DNA from: Sulfuricellaceae bacterium
GTDB lineage: Bacteria > Pseudomonadota > Gammaproteobacteria > Burkholderiales > UBA9220
Direction of reading: 5' to 3'
NCBI GenBank assembly: GCA_050177075.1
Contig: JBFXHL010000004.1
Coordinates: 1 to 53,233 of the forward strand
Length of the DNA: 53,233 bases
Both the position numbers and the translations under genes were made by a program. Position 1 is the stretch's first letter; each line of letters begins with the position of its first letter. Positions 36,377 through 45,300 of this stretch are shown here, piece after piece. Below the pieces are notes generated by a model, which saw nothing but the letters and a program-made list of their open reading frames with translations, was not told where the DNA came from and made no database searches.

Positions 36377-36440
36377 GGGGCGGAAAGCCGTCTCGGCCAA
36401 TGAATACAGGAAACCGGTAATTACTACAGGAGAGATTCAG

Positions 36441-38438
36441 ATGTCAGTCACTTCGGAAGATATGAACAAGAGCATGAATTTTCGCCGCTACAAGGAAGGC
36501 GACAACCGCGTCCGCAGCTGGCAGGACAAGATTTTCCAGGCCGGTTGGTCCCACAAGTGCCCGACCTACGTCCAGGCGACTCCTCCCTGCCAGGGCAGCT
36601 GCCCCGCTGGCGAAGACATCCGCGGCTACCTGAATATCGTTCGCGGCCTGGAAAAGGCTCCCGCCGGCATGGAGATGCAGGAATATGCCTTCCGTCGCCT
36701 GACCGAAGCCAACCCCTTCCCCGCCGTGATGGGCCGCGTTTGCCCCGCTCCCTGCGAATCCGGTTGCAACCGTAACGAAGTGGACGACCACGTCGGCATC
36801 AACTCCGTCGAGCACTACATCGGCGAATACGCCATCGCCAAGGGCCTCAAGTTCGCCAAGCCCGAAAAGGAATCCGGCAAGAAGGTCGCCATCATCGGCG
36901 GTGGCCCCGCCGGCCTGTCCGCTGCCTATCAGTTGCGCCTGAAGGGCCACGGCGTGACCATTTTCGACGAGCATGACCAGCTCGGCGGCATGATGCGCTA
37001 CGGCATCCCCGGTTTCCGTACTCCCCGCGACGTTCTCGACGCCGAAGTTCAGCGCATCCTGGACCTGGGCGTGGAAACCAAGCTGGGCGTTCACGTCGGC
37101 AAGGACGTGACCCTGGAACAGCTGGAAAAAGAATTCGACGCCATTTTCGTCGCCCTGGGTGCCCAGGCCGGTCGTCCCCTGCCCGTTCCCGGTGCCGAGG
37201 CTCCCAACTGCGTGACCGGCATGGCTTTCCTGCGCGCCTTCAACGAAGGTCGCCTGCGTTACGTCGGCAAGCGCGTTGTCGTGATTGGCGGCGGTGACAC
37301 CTCCATCGACGTGGCTACCGTTGCCCGCCGCCTCGGCCACATCAAGACCGAGCACGAGAAGGACCGCCCCGACTACGTCATCCAGGGCCAGGTGGCCCAC
37401 GACGTGGGCAAAGTGGCTGCCGCCGAAGGCGCCGAAGTGGTGCTGGTGTCCCGCGCCACCATCGACAAGATGGCTGCTGCCAAGCACGAAGTGGAAGAAG
37501 CCCTGGCTGAGGGCATCAATATCACCGGCGGCGTGACCCCCGTCGAAGTGGTGGTGGGCGCCGATGGCCGCGCTACCGGCCTGAAAGTGCGCAAGCTGGA
37601 AGTTCAGGGCGGCAAGCAGGTGGAAGTGGAAGGCTCCGACTACGTGATCGAAGCCGACCTCATCGTGGCCGCCATCGGCCAGGCCGTGGACTTCACCGGC
37701 ATGGAGTGGATGGACAACGGCAAGGGGCTGATCAGCGCTACCAAGAACTACCAGATACCCGGCAAGCCCAACTACTTCGTCGGCGGCGACGTGCTCAAGC
37801 CCCACCTGCTGACCACCGCCATCGGCCACGGCGCCATCGCCGCCGACGGCATCGACCGCTTCCTCAACGGCGAAGAGCTGGAAAAGCGTCCCAAGATCGA
37901 CGTTCATTACTTCGACCTGATGCGCAAGCTGCATGAGGCCGGCCAGGATCCCGAGGAGTTCCATACCCTGAGCAAGGATGAGGTCCGCAAGGCCGAAGGC
38001 TTCGCCAAGGATATCGACCTGGGCTTGCGCGGTACCTCCAGCGCCAAGTTCGCGGTGCACAACTTCGAGAACCGCGCCGACAAGTTCGTGATCCCCGCCG
38101 ACGAGCTGTTCCTCGGCCACTTCACCGCGGTGCCCCGCAACAAGCGCGGCTACATCACCCTCGACTCTTCCACCGTGCTGGGCCACTTCGAGGAGCGCCT
38201 GTCCGTTCTCGACGACAAGCAGGTCGTCGCCGAGGCCAAGCGCTGCATGAGCTGCGGCCTGTGCTTCGAGTGCGACAACTGCGTGGTGTACTGCCCGCAG
38301 GGTGCCGTGAAGAAGACTCCGAAGAAGGAGGCCACCACCGGCCGCTACGTGTACACCGACTACGACCGCTGCATCGGCTGCCACATCTGCGCCGACGTAT
38401 GTCCGACCGGTTACATCCAAATGGGCCTGGGCGACTAA
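36441..38438 (+). CDS. dsrL: DsrL NAD(P)H:acceptor Fe-S flavoprotein
   Basis: GltD-like N-terminal Fe-S region, GGGPAG, GGGDT and a C-terminal ferredoxin (CMSCGLCFECDNC, CIGCHICADVCP). Confidence 0.96.
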   Translation: MSVTSEDMNKSMNFRRYKEGDNRVRSWQDKIFQAGWSHKCPTYVQATPPCQGSCPAGEDIRGYLNIVRGLEKAPAGMEMQEYAFRRLTEANPFPAVMGRVCPAPCESGCNRNEVDDHVGINSVEHYIGEYAIAKGLKFAKPEKESGKKVAIIGGGPAGLSAAYQLRLKGHGVTIFDEHDQLGGMMRYGIPGFRTPRDVLDAEVQRILDLGVETKLGVHVGKDVTLEQLEKEFDAIFVALGAQAGRPLPVPGAEAPNCVTGMAFLRAFNEGRLRYVGKRVVVIGGGDTSIDVATVARRLGHIKTEHEKDRPDYVIQGQVAHDVGKVAAAEGAEVVLVSRATIDKMAAAKHEVEEALAEGINITGGVTPVEVVVGADGRATGLKVRKLEVQGGKQVEVEGSDYVIEADLIVAAIGQAVDFTGMEWMDNGKGLISATKNYQIPGKPNYFVGGDVLKPHLLTTAIGHGAIAADGIDRFLNGEELEKRPKIDVHYFDLMRKLHEAGQDPEEFHTLSKDEVRKAEGFAKDIDLGLRGTSSAKFAVHNFENRADKFVIPADELFLGHFTAVPRNKRGYITLDSSTVLGHFEERLSVLDDKQVVAEAKRCMSCGLCFECDNCVVYCPQGAVKKTPKKEATTGRYVYTDYDRCIGCHICADVCPTGYIQMGLGD

Positions 38439-38442
38439 GACG

Positions 38443-38943
38443 ATGCGTATCCCGACTATCAAAATCATGGGCACCTGGCTGGCTTCGCTGGCCGTGGTGC
38501 TGGCGGTCGGGGTGTCGTCGCTCGCCATCGCCGACGGCGGCGCCAAAAGCGCCAAGGAAAAGGCGATGCTCGAGGGTGTGAAGGGTGACAAGTGCGTTAT
38601 GCCGACGGAAGACATGCGGCGCAACCACATGAAATACCTCAAGCACCATCGTGACGAAACCATGCACCAGGGTATTCGCACCACCCAGTTCAGCCTCAAG
38701 GGCTGCGTCGAGTGTCACGCCAGTCCCAAGAACAACAGCGTGATCGGCACCAACGACAACTTCTGCCAGGGCTGCCACGCGTATGCCGGGGTGAAGCTGG
38801 ACTGCTTCGAATGCCATTCGACCAAACCCAAGGCTAACGCCGCCTTCCACCCCATCGCGGGTCAGGCTCCCGGCCTGGCTGCCGACATGCGCAAGGATAT
38901 GGCTGCCGCGCCTCAAACCAATGCTGCTGGAGCTGCTCAATGA
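38443..38943 (+). CDS. dsrJ: Triheme cytochrome DsrJ
   Basis: Signal peptide, MRRNHM and three CxxCH motifs. Confidence 0.95.
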   Translation: MRIPTIKIMGTWLASLAVVLAVGVSSLAIADGGAKSAKEKAMLEGVKGDKCVMPTEDMRRNHMKYLKHHRDETMHQGIRTTQFSLKGCVECHASPKNNSVIGTNDNFCQGCHAYAGVKLDCFECHSTKPKANAAFHPIAGQAPGLAADMRKDMAAAPQTNAAGAAQ

Positions 38944-39689
38944 GCGAACAGGAAAAACAGACCACGATCGAGAATGAAGGCCGCCGAGGCTTCGTTGCCG
39001 CGGGTGTGGCTGCCGCCGCCGGTTTGGCCATCGCTCCCGGCGTGACCCTGCTGGACATGGCCCACGCCCGCCCGGCCGACCAGCCGGCCTCGAGCAAGAA
39101 TCGCTGGGGTTTGCTGATCGACAGCACCAAGTGCAAGACCGGCTGCAACGACTGCGTCAATGCCTGCTTTACCGAAAACGGCGTCAAGCAGGGCGACAAG
39201 GAAACCGATTCCCAGTGGATTCGCAAAGTAGAGCTGAAGGACCTGCGCACCGGACACACCGCCTCCCTGCCGATGATGTGTCAGCACTGCGCCCATCCCC
39301 CTTGCGTCGACGTGTGCCCCACCGGCGCTTCCTTCAAGCGCGCCGACGGCATCGTGCTGGTGGATCGCCACATCTGCATCGGCTGCCGCTACTGCATGAT
39401 GGCTTGTCCCTACAAGGCCCGCTCCTTCGTGCACGAAGAACTGCACGACCAGAATCCCGACGTTCCTCGCGGCATGGGCTGCGTCGAGGCCTGTACCCTG
39501 TGCGTGCACAAGATCGACCGCGGTGACGGCACCACCGCCTGCGCCCAGGCATGCAAGGAAGGCGCCATTCTGTTCGGCGACCTCAACGACCCCGAAAGCG
39601 AAATCTCCAAGCGCCTGGCGACCTATGCCAGCACCGAAGTGCGGGCCGACCTGCGCCTCGATACCGGCGTGCGCTATCAGGGTATTTGA
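38940..39689 (+). CDS. dsrO: DsrO periplasmic Fe-S protein
   Basis: Tat motif GRRGFV; CQHC..PCVDVCP and CIGCRYCMMACP. Confidence 0.96.
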   Translation: MSEQEKQTTIENEGRRGFVAAGVAAAAGLAIAPGVTLLDMAHARPADQPASSKNRWGLLIDSTKCKTGCNDCVNACFTENGVKQGDKETDSQWIRKVELKDLRTGHTASLPMMCQHCAHPPCVDVCPTGASFKRADGIVLVDRHICIGCRYCMMACPYKARSFVHEELHDQNPDVPRGMGCVEACTLCVHKIDRGDGTTACAQACKEGAILFGDLNDPESEISKRLATYASTEVRADLRLDTGVRYQGI

Positions 39690-39731
39690 CAACGCTCGAC
39701 AGTAACCAGACGAGACTGAGACGACTAAGCT

Positions 39732-40937
39732 ATGAAACCGATTGTTTACCGTGAAATCGAAGGCCGCAGCGCCGGGTACCTGGCGCTGCTGGGCGTGCTC
39801 GGCGTGCTGATCGCCCTGGGGCTGGGCTCTGCCTACTACATGGAGCACCACGGCCACATCGTGACCGGCATGACCAACCAGATCGTCTGGGGCATGCCCC
39901 ACGTCTTCGCCGTGTTCCTCATCGTGGCCGCTTCCGGTGCCCTCAACGTGGCGTCCATCGGCTCGGTGTTCGGCAAGACGATGTACAAGCCCATGGGACC
40001 CCTGTCCGCTCTGCTGGCCCTGGCCCTGCTGGCCGGCGGCCTGACCATCCTGCTGCTGGACCTGGGGCGTCCCGACCGCCTGATCGTCGCCGCGACGACC
40101 TACAACTTCAAGTCCATCTTCGCCTGGAACGTGATCCTGTACTCCGGCTTCTTCGGCATCGTCGGCGTCTACCTGTGGATGCAGATGGACAAGCTGATGT
40201 ACAAGTTCGCCAAGCCCGCGGGTTTCGCGGCCTTCATCTGGCGTCTGATCCTCACCACCGGTACCGGGTCCATCTTCGGCTTCCTGGTCGCCCGTGCGTT
40301 CTACGATTCCGCCATGCTGGCCCCCATGTTCGTGGTGATGTCCTTTTCCTACGGTCTCGCCATCTTCATCCTGGTGCTGATGGCTTCCTACAGCTGGAGC
40401 GGTCGTCCTCTGGGCGATGCCGTGGTGAATCGCCTGAAGAACCTGCAGGGGGTATTCATCGCCGGTGCCCTGTATTTCGTGGTCGTGTTCCACCTGACCA
40501 ACCTGTACTTCACCAAGCATCACGGCGTGGAGCACTTCATCCTGGTCGGCGGCGGCGGCATCACCACCATGTTCTGGCTCGGCCAGATCATCCTCGGTTC
40601 CCTGGTGCCCCTGGCCATGGTTTATCATCCCAAGCTTGGCAAGAACCGCACCGCCATTGCCGTGGCTTGCGTGCTCGTGGTTCTCGGCGGCCTGGCCCAA
40701 ATGTACGTCACCATCATCGGCGGCCAGTCCTATCCCCTGGTGCTGTTCCCCGGTTATCAGGAATCCAGCAGCTTCTTTGATGGCGTAGTTCACCCCTACA
40801 GCCCCAGCCTGCCTGAAATCCTTCTCGGTATCGGCGGCTTCGCCGTGGCCATGATCATGGTGGCCATCGGCGTCAAGGTGCTGCGTTTCCTGCCGGAAAG
40901 CCTGGACAACCACGCCGTGGACCCCCACGCCAAATAA
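39732..40937 (+). CDS. dsrP: DsrP (NrfD family)
   Basis: Polytopic membrane protein; DLGRPDR. Confidence 0.96.
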   Translation: MKPIVYREIEGRSAGYLALLGVLGVLIALGLGSAYYMEHHGHIVTGMTNQIVWGMPHVFAVFLIVAASGALNVASIGSVFGKTMYKPMGPLSALLALALLAGGLTILLLDLGRPDRLIVAATTYNFKSIFAWNVILYSGFFGIVGVYLWMQMDKLMYKFAKPAGFAAFIWRLILTTGTGSIFGFLVARAFYDSAMLAPMFVVMSFSYGLAIFILVLMASYSWSGRPLGDAVVNRLKNLQGVFIAGALYFVVVFHLTNLYFTKHHGVEHFILVGGGGITTMFWLGQIILGSLVPLAMVYHPKLGKNRTAIAVACVLVVLGGLAQMYVTIIGGQSYPLVLFPGYQESSSFFDGVVHPYSPSLPEILLGIGGFAVAMIMVAIGVKVLRFLPESLDNHAVDPHAK

Positions 40938-40949
40938 GTCGAGGTAGCC

Positions 40950-41957
40950 ATGACCGCCGCCGCAGAACATCCGTTCGCCCCCTTCATCCGCACCCTCGGC
41001 AAGGGCAAGCACGGCTCCCGCGCCCTGTCCACCGACGAGGCCTACAGCGCGATGAAGATGATTCTCACCGACCAGGTGGAACCGATGCAGTTGGGGGCGT
41101 TCCTGATGCTGATGCGGGTCAAGGAAGAAACCCCGGCGGAGCTGGCCGGCTTCGTCCAGGCCGCCCGGGAGACCTTCACCTATCCGGCCGACATGCCCGA
41201 GGTGGATATCGACTGGTCTTCCTACGCCGGCAAGCGCCGCCACCTCCCCTGGTTCCTTCTCTCCACCCTGATGATGGCCAACGCCGGCATCAAGGTGTTC
41301 ATGCACGGCATCGGCGGCCGCAAGGACGACCGGGCCTATACGCCGGAAACCCTGGCCGCCCTGGGCATCAAGCCCTGCGCCGACCTGGCCGAAGCGGCCA
41401 AGCGCATCGAAGAGGAAAACTTCGCCTTCGTGCCGCTGAAGAACTTCAGTCCCAAGCTGGCGGAGTTCATCGAACTGCGTCCCTTGCTCGGCTTGCGCTC
41501 GCCGGTGCATACCCTGTCCCGCCTGCTCAACCCCTTCAACGCCAAGGTGATGATGCAGGGCATCTTCCATCCCGGCTATCAGGAAACCCACCAGGGCGCA
41601 GGCGTGCTCCTCAAGCAGCCTTACCTGGCCGTGCTGAAGGGCGATGGTGGCGAAATCGAGCGCGATCCGGACATCCCCTGCCTGGTCAAAGTGGCCAAGA
41701 ACGGTGAAACCTTCGAGGAGGAATGGCCCGCCATGTTCCCCGAGGGTCAGCGCCACCTGAAGGAGGAGCTGGATATCTCCAAGCTGGCCAAGGTATGGCG
41801 CGGCGAAATGCGCGACGAATACGGCGAGGCCGCCGTCATCGGCACCGCCGCCATCGCTCTCAAGGGGCTCGGCCGCGCCGAGACCTTCGACGGCGCCTTG
41901 GCCCTGGCCAGGGAAATGTGGGAAAAACGCGACACCGGCTGGCTCAAGGCCGCCTGA
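40950..41957 (+). CDS. YbiB-like glycosyltransferase family 3 (TrpD-like) protein
   Basis: GKGKHGSRAL, QLGAFLMLMRVKEET, DWSSYAGKR and GLRSPVHT. Confidence 0.85.
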   Translation: MTAAAEHPFAPFIRTLGKGKHGSRALSTDEAYSAMKMILTDQVEPMQLGAFLMLMRVKEETPAELAGFVQAARETFTYPADMPEVDIDWSSYAGKRRHLPWFLLSTLMMANAGIKVFMHGIGGRKDDRAYTPETLAALGIKPCADLAEAAKRIEEENFAFVPLKNFSPKLAEFIELRPLLGLRSPVHTLSRLLNPFNAKVMMQGIFHPGYQETHQGAGVLLKQPYLAVLKGDGGEIERDPDIPCLVKVAKNGETFEEEWPAMFPEGQRHLKEELDISKLAKVWRGEMRDEYGEAAVIGTAAIALKGLGRAETFDGALALAREMWEKRDTGWLKAA

Positions 41958-42006
41958 TAGCTAGCGTCCCGTACCGTCGGGGCGCTCAATCCCCCCGGCC
42001 GTTCCC

Positions 42007-43389
42007 ATGTCCCACCTCCTTATCTCCGCCGCCCACAAATCCTCCGGCAAGACCACGGTGAGCATCGGGCTGTGCGCGGCGCTGCGGGCGCGGGGGTTGG
42101 GCGTCCAGCCCTTCAAGAAGGGCCCCGACTACATTGACCCCATCTGGTTGGGGCTGGCCAGCGGCCGCGAGTGCCGCAACCTGGATTTCCACCTCATGGC
42201 GCCGGACGAAATCCGCGCCCTGTTCGACCGTTTCAACAGCGTTGCTGACGTCAGCCTGATCGAAGGCAACAAGGGTCTTTACGACGGCCTTGACCTCGAC
42301 GGCAGCAACAGCAACGCCGCCCTGGCGAAACTGCTGGAAGCACCGGTGGTGCTGGTGATCGATGCCCGGGGCATGACCCGGGGCATCGCCCCCCTCATAC
42401 TCGGTTACCAGGCCTTCGACCGCGATATTCGCATTGCCGGCGTGATCCTCAACAACATCGGCGGCAGCCGCCATGAGGGCAAGCTGCGGGCGGTGATCGA
42501 GCACTATACCGACGTGCCGGTGATCGGCGCGGTGCACCATAACCGGGATTTGCAAATCCTCGAACGCCATCTGGGCCTGATGCCCGCCAACGAGGCCGCC
42601 GAGGCCACCCGCCAGGTGGACGAAATCGGCCGCCTGGTGGCGGCCCAGGTGGACATGGACCGACTGCTGGACATCGCCCGCAGCAGCCCGCCGTCCGCTA
42701 CTCCCGCGGCAGTGTCAGCGCCGAAAACCGGCGAGAGGCTGAAAATAGGGGTAGCCCGGGACCGGGCCTTCGGCTTCTATTACGGCGACGACCTGGAATC
42801 CCTGCGCATGGCGGGCGCGGAACTGGTCTTCATCGACATGCTGCAGGACCAGGCTTTGCCCGCCGTGGACGGCCTTTTCATCGGCGGCGGCTTCCCCGAA
42901 GCCTTCATGGCGGAGCTGGCGGCCAACCAGCCCATGCGCGCCCAGGTCAAGGCCGCCATCGAGGCCGGTCTGCCCACCTATGCCGAGTGCGGCGGTTTGA
43001 TGTACCTGGCCCGTTCCCTGGAGTGGAAGGGCGAGCGGCGGGAGATGGTCGGCATAATCCCCGGCGATATCGTCATGCACGATAAACCCGTCGGCCGGGG
43101 CTACGTCAAATTGAAAGAGACGCAAGACTCCCCCTGGCCGGCAGCGGGCGCCCCCCAGGGAGTCATCAACGCTCACGAATTCCATTATTCCAGCCTGGAA
43201 AACCTGGAGGGGGAGCCGCGCTATGCCTACGAAGTGGTCCGTGGCCACGGCATCGACGGCAAGCGCGACGGATTGATCTACAAGAACCTGCTGGCATCCT
43301 ACACCCACCTGCGCAGCGTGCGCGCCTACGACTGGGCGACGCGCTTCGTGGCCTTCGTGCGGGAATGCAAGGCGGCCAAACCCCATTGA
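42007..43389 (+). CDS. dsrN: Siroheme amidase DsrN (CbiA family)
   Basis: SSGKTT, FKKGPDYID, EGNKGLYDG, AECGG and HEFHYS. Confidence 0.93.
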   Translation: MSHLLISAAHKSSGKTTVSIGLCAALRARGLGVQPFKKGPDYIDPIWLGLASGRECRNLDFHLMAPDEIRALFDRFNSVADVSLIEGNKGLYDGLDLDGSNSNAALAKLLEAPVVLVIDARGMTRGIAPLILGYQAFDRDIRIAGVILNNIGGSRHEGKLRAVIEHYTDVPVIGAVHHNRDLQILERHLGLMPANEAAEATRQVDEIGRLVAAQVDMDRLLDIARSSPPSATPAAVSAPKTGERLKIGVARDRAFGFYYGDDLESLRMAGAELVFIDMLQDQALPAVDGLFIGGGFPEAFMAELAANQPMRAQVKAAIEAGLPTYAECGGLMYLARSLEWKGERREMVGIIPGDIVMHDKPVGRGYVKLKETQDSPWPAAGAPQGVINAHEFHYSSLENLEGEPRYAYEVVRGHGIDGKRDGLIYKNLLASYTHLRSVRAYDWATRFVAFVRECKAAKPH

Positions 43390-43410
43390 AACCTTAACGG
43401 AGAAAGCCCC

Positions 43411-43767
43411 ATGATTACCATTACCCCCGAAGCCGCCCAGCAGATCGCTGCCGCCGCCGAGCAGAGCGGCGCCGCCGGCATGGCCCTACGCATCGCCGCC
43501 CGTCTCGAATCCGATGGCTCCATCGGTTACGGCATGGGTTTCGACGAAGAGCGCGAGAACGACCTGGACTTCACCTCCGAGGGCATCAGCGTCCTCGTTT
43601 CCGCCGACTGCGGCCCCCTCCTGGCGGGGACCGTGCTCGATTTCGTCGAGTACCAGCCCGGCGACTACCGCTTCATTTTCATGAACCCCAACGACCGTGG
43701 CGGCGGTTGCGGCAGCGGCGGTGGTGGTGGCTGCGGCGGCTGCGGCAGCGGCGGAGGCTGCGCCTAA
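43411..43767 (+). CDS. dsrR: DsrR-like IscA/HesB family protein with a Gly/Cys-rich tail
   Basis: MITITPEAA..LRIAAR..YGMGFD..FIFMNPND; located after dsrN. Confidence 0.8.
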   Translation: MITITPEAAQQIAAAAEQSGAAGMALRIAARLESDGSIGYGMGFDEERENDLDFTSEGISVLVSADCGPLLAGTVLDFVEYQPGDYRFIFMNPNDRGGGCGSGGGGGCGGCGSGGGCA

Positions 43768-43782
43768 GAGCGAGTTTCGGCG

Positions 43783-45231
43783 ATGAACCTGGACCTGGTC
43801 ATCATCGGCAGCGGCCCCGGTGGCTACAAAGCGGCCATCACGGCCGCCCACCTCGGCGCCAAGGTGGCCCTCGTCGACAAGGGCCTGGCCGGTGGTTGCT
43901 GCCTCAACGAAGGGTGCATCCCGAAAAAAACCCTCCTCCACCTCGCTTCCCTGATCGAGGACGTGGAGCGGCTCCAGGGGCGCGGCCTGGAAGGCCGCGT
44001 CAAGGGCGATTTCCGCGCCGCCATGCAGCACAAGGACGAAGTGGTGGCGGGTATCCGCGACAACTTCGGCGTCTGGCTGCGCCGCCTCGGCGTCCGCACC
44101 TACGGCGGCGCCGCCCGTCTCCTCGATGCCCACCGGGTGGAAGTGACGCTCAACGAGCCGGACCCCAAAACCGGGGAAGAGCGCCTGGTGCTGCATGCGC
44201 CCAAGGTCATCGTCGCCACCGGCTCCCAGCCCGGCGAGCTGGCGGCTTGCCCCAGCGACGGCAGGCTGGTGCTCAATTCCCACCATTTCATGTACAACCT
44301 GGACTTCCTGCCGCCGTCGGTGCTGTGCATCGGCGGCGGCGCCATCGGCTGCGAGCTGGGGTTCCTGCTCCACCAGTTCGGCGCCAAGGTCAGTATCGTC
44401 GAGCAGGGGGACGGCCTCCTCAACACCGTGCGCCTGCCGGACCGGGCCAAGGCCATGCTGGAGCGCAAGTTCAAGCGTATCGGCATTGAGGTGCGTAAGA
44501 ACACCACCGTCGTCGCCTGCGATAAGGGCGAGAACAGCGTCACCGTCACCTTCAGCGACGGCAGCACGGGCACCTACGACCGGGTGCTGGTGGCCGTGGG
44601 CCGCCGCCCCTACACCGAGGGCCTGGGCCTGGAGGAAGCGGGGGTAGCGCTGACGCCGGAAGGTTTCGTCGATACCAACGAATTCCTCGAATCCAGCGTC
44701 CCCGGCATCTACGCCATCGGCGACGTCAAGCCGGGCCCCATGACCGCCAACGCCGCCCTCCACGACGCCAAGGTGGCGGCGGCCAACGCCATCAGCGACG
44801 CCAAGCTGCGCCCCAATTACCTCAAGGTGCCGGTGGTGTTCCACACCGCCTTCGAGATCGCCGCCGTGGGCTTGGCCGAGAACCAGGCCGAGGACGCCGG
44901 CTTCGAACCCGAGGCCGCCCGCTCCAACATGGGCAGCTCCGGCAAGGCCCGCGCCCACCACGATATCGAGGGAATGATCGAGGTGGTCCATGACAGCGAA
45001 ACCGGCCAGCTCCTCGGCGGCTGCATCGTCGGCCCCGAGGCCGGCGAGCAAATCCACATGATGGCCGCGGCCTGCCAGTCCACCCGGGGCCTGTGGTTCT
45101 TCAAAGACATGAGCTACAGCCACCCGTCCTGGTGCGAGGAGTTGGAGACGGCCATCGACCCGTACACCTCGGCGTTTTCCAATGACGGGAAGGATTTGTT
45201 CCGACCGGGGATATTTGCGGGGAAGGTTTGA
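43783..45231 (+). CDS. Dihydrolipoamide dehydrogenase-like flavoprotein disulfide reductase
   Basis: GSGPGG, GGCCLNEGCIP, GGGAIGCE and HPSWCEE. Confidence 0.88.
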   Translation: MNLDLVIIGSGPGGYKAAITAAHLGAKVALVDKGLAGGCCLNEGCIPKKTLLHLASLIEDVERLQGRGLEGRVKGDFRAAMQHKDEVVAGIRDNFGVWLRRLGVRTYGGAARLLDAHRVEVTLNEPDPKTGEERLVLHAPKVIVATGSQPGELAACPSDGRLVLNSHHFMYNLDFLPPSVLCIGGGAIGCELGFLLHQFGAKVSIVEQGDGLLNTVRLPDRAKAMLERKFKRIGIEVRKNTTVVACDKGENSVTVTFSDGSTGTYDRVLVAVGRRPYTEGLGLEEAGVALTPEGFVDTNEFLESSVPGIYAIGDVKPGPMTANAALHDAKVAAANAISDAKLRPNYLKVPVVFHTAFEIAAVGLAENQAEDAGFEPEAARSNMGSSGKARAHHDIEGMIEVVHDSETGQLLGGCIVGPEAGEQIHMMAAACQSTRGLWFFKDMSYSHPSWCEELETAIDPYTSAFSNDGKDLFRPGIFAGKV

Positions 45232-45256
45232 GTTTGTTGTGGTGAGTGGAGATGAT

Positions 45257-45280
45257 GAAGGGGCCGAATCCGGCCCCTTC
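45257..45280. terminator. Hairpin between convergent lpd-like and cysG genes (probable terminator)
   Basis: GAAGGGGCCG-AATC-CGGCCCCTTC. Confidence 0.7.
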
Positions 45281-45300
45281 GTTATTTCTGCCGCAACAGC

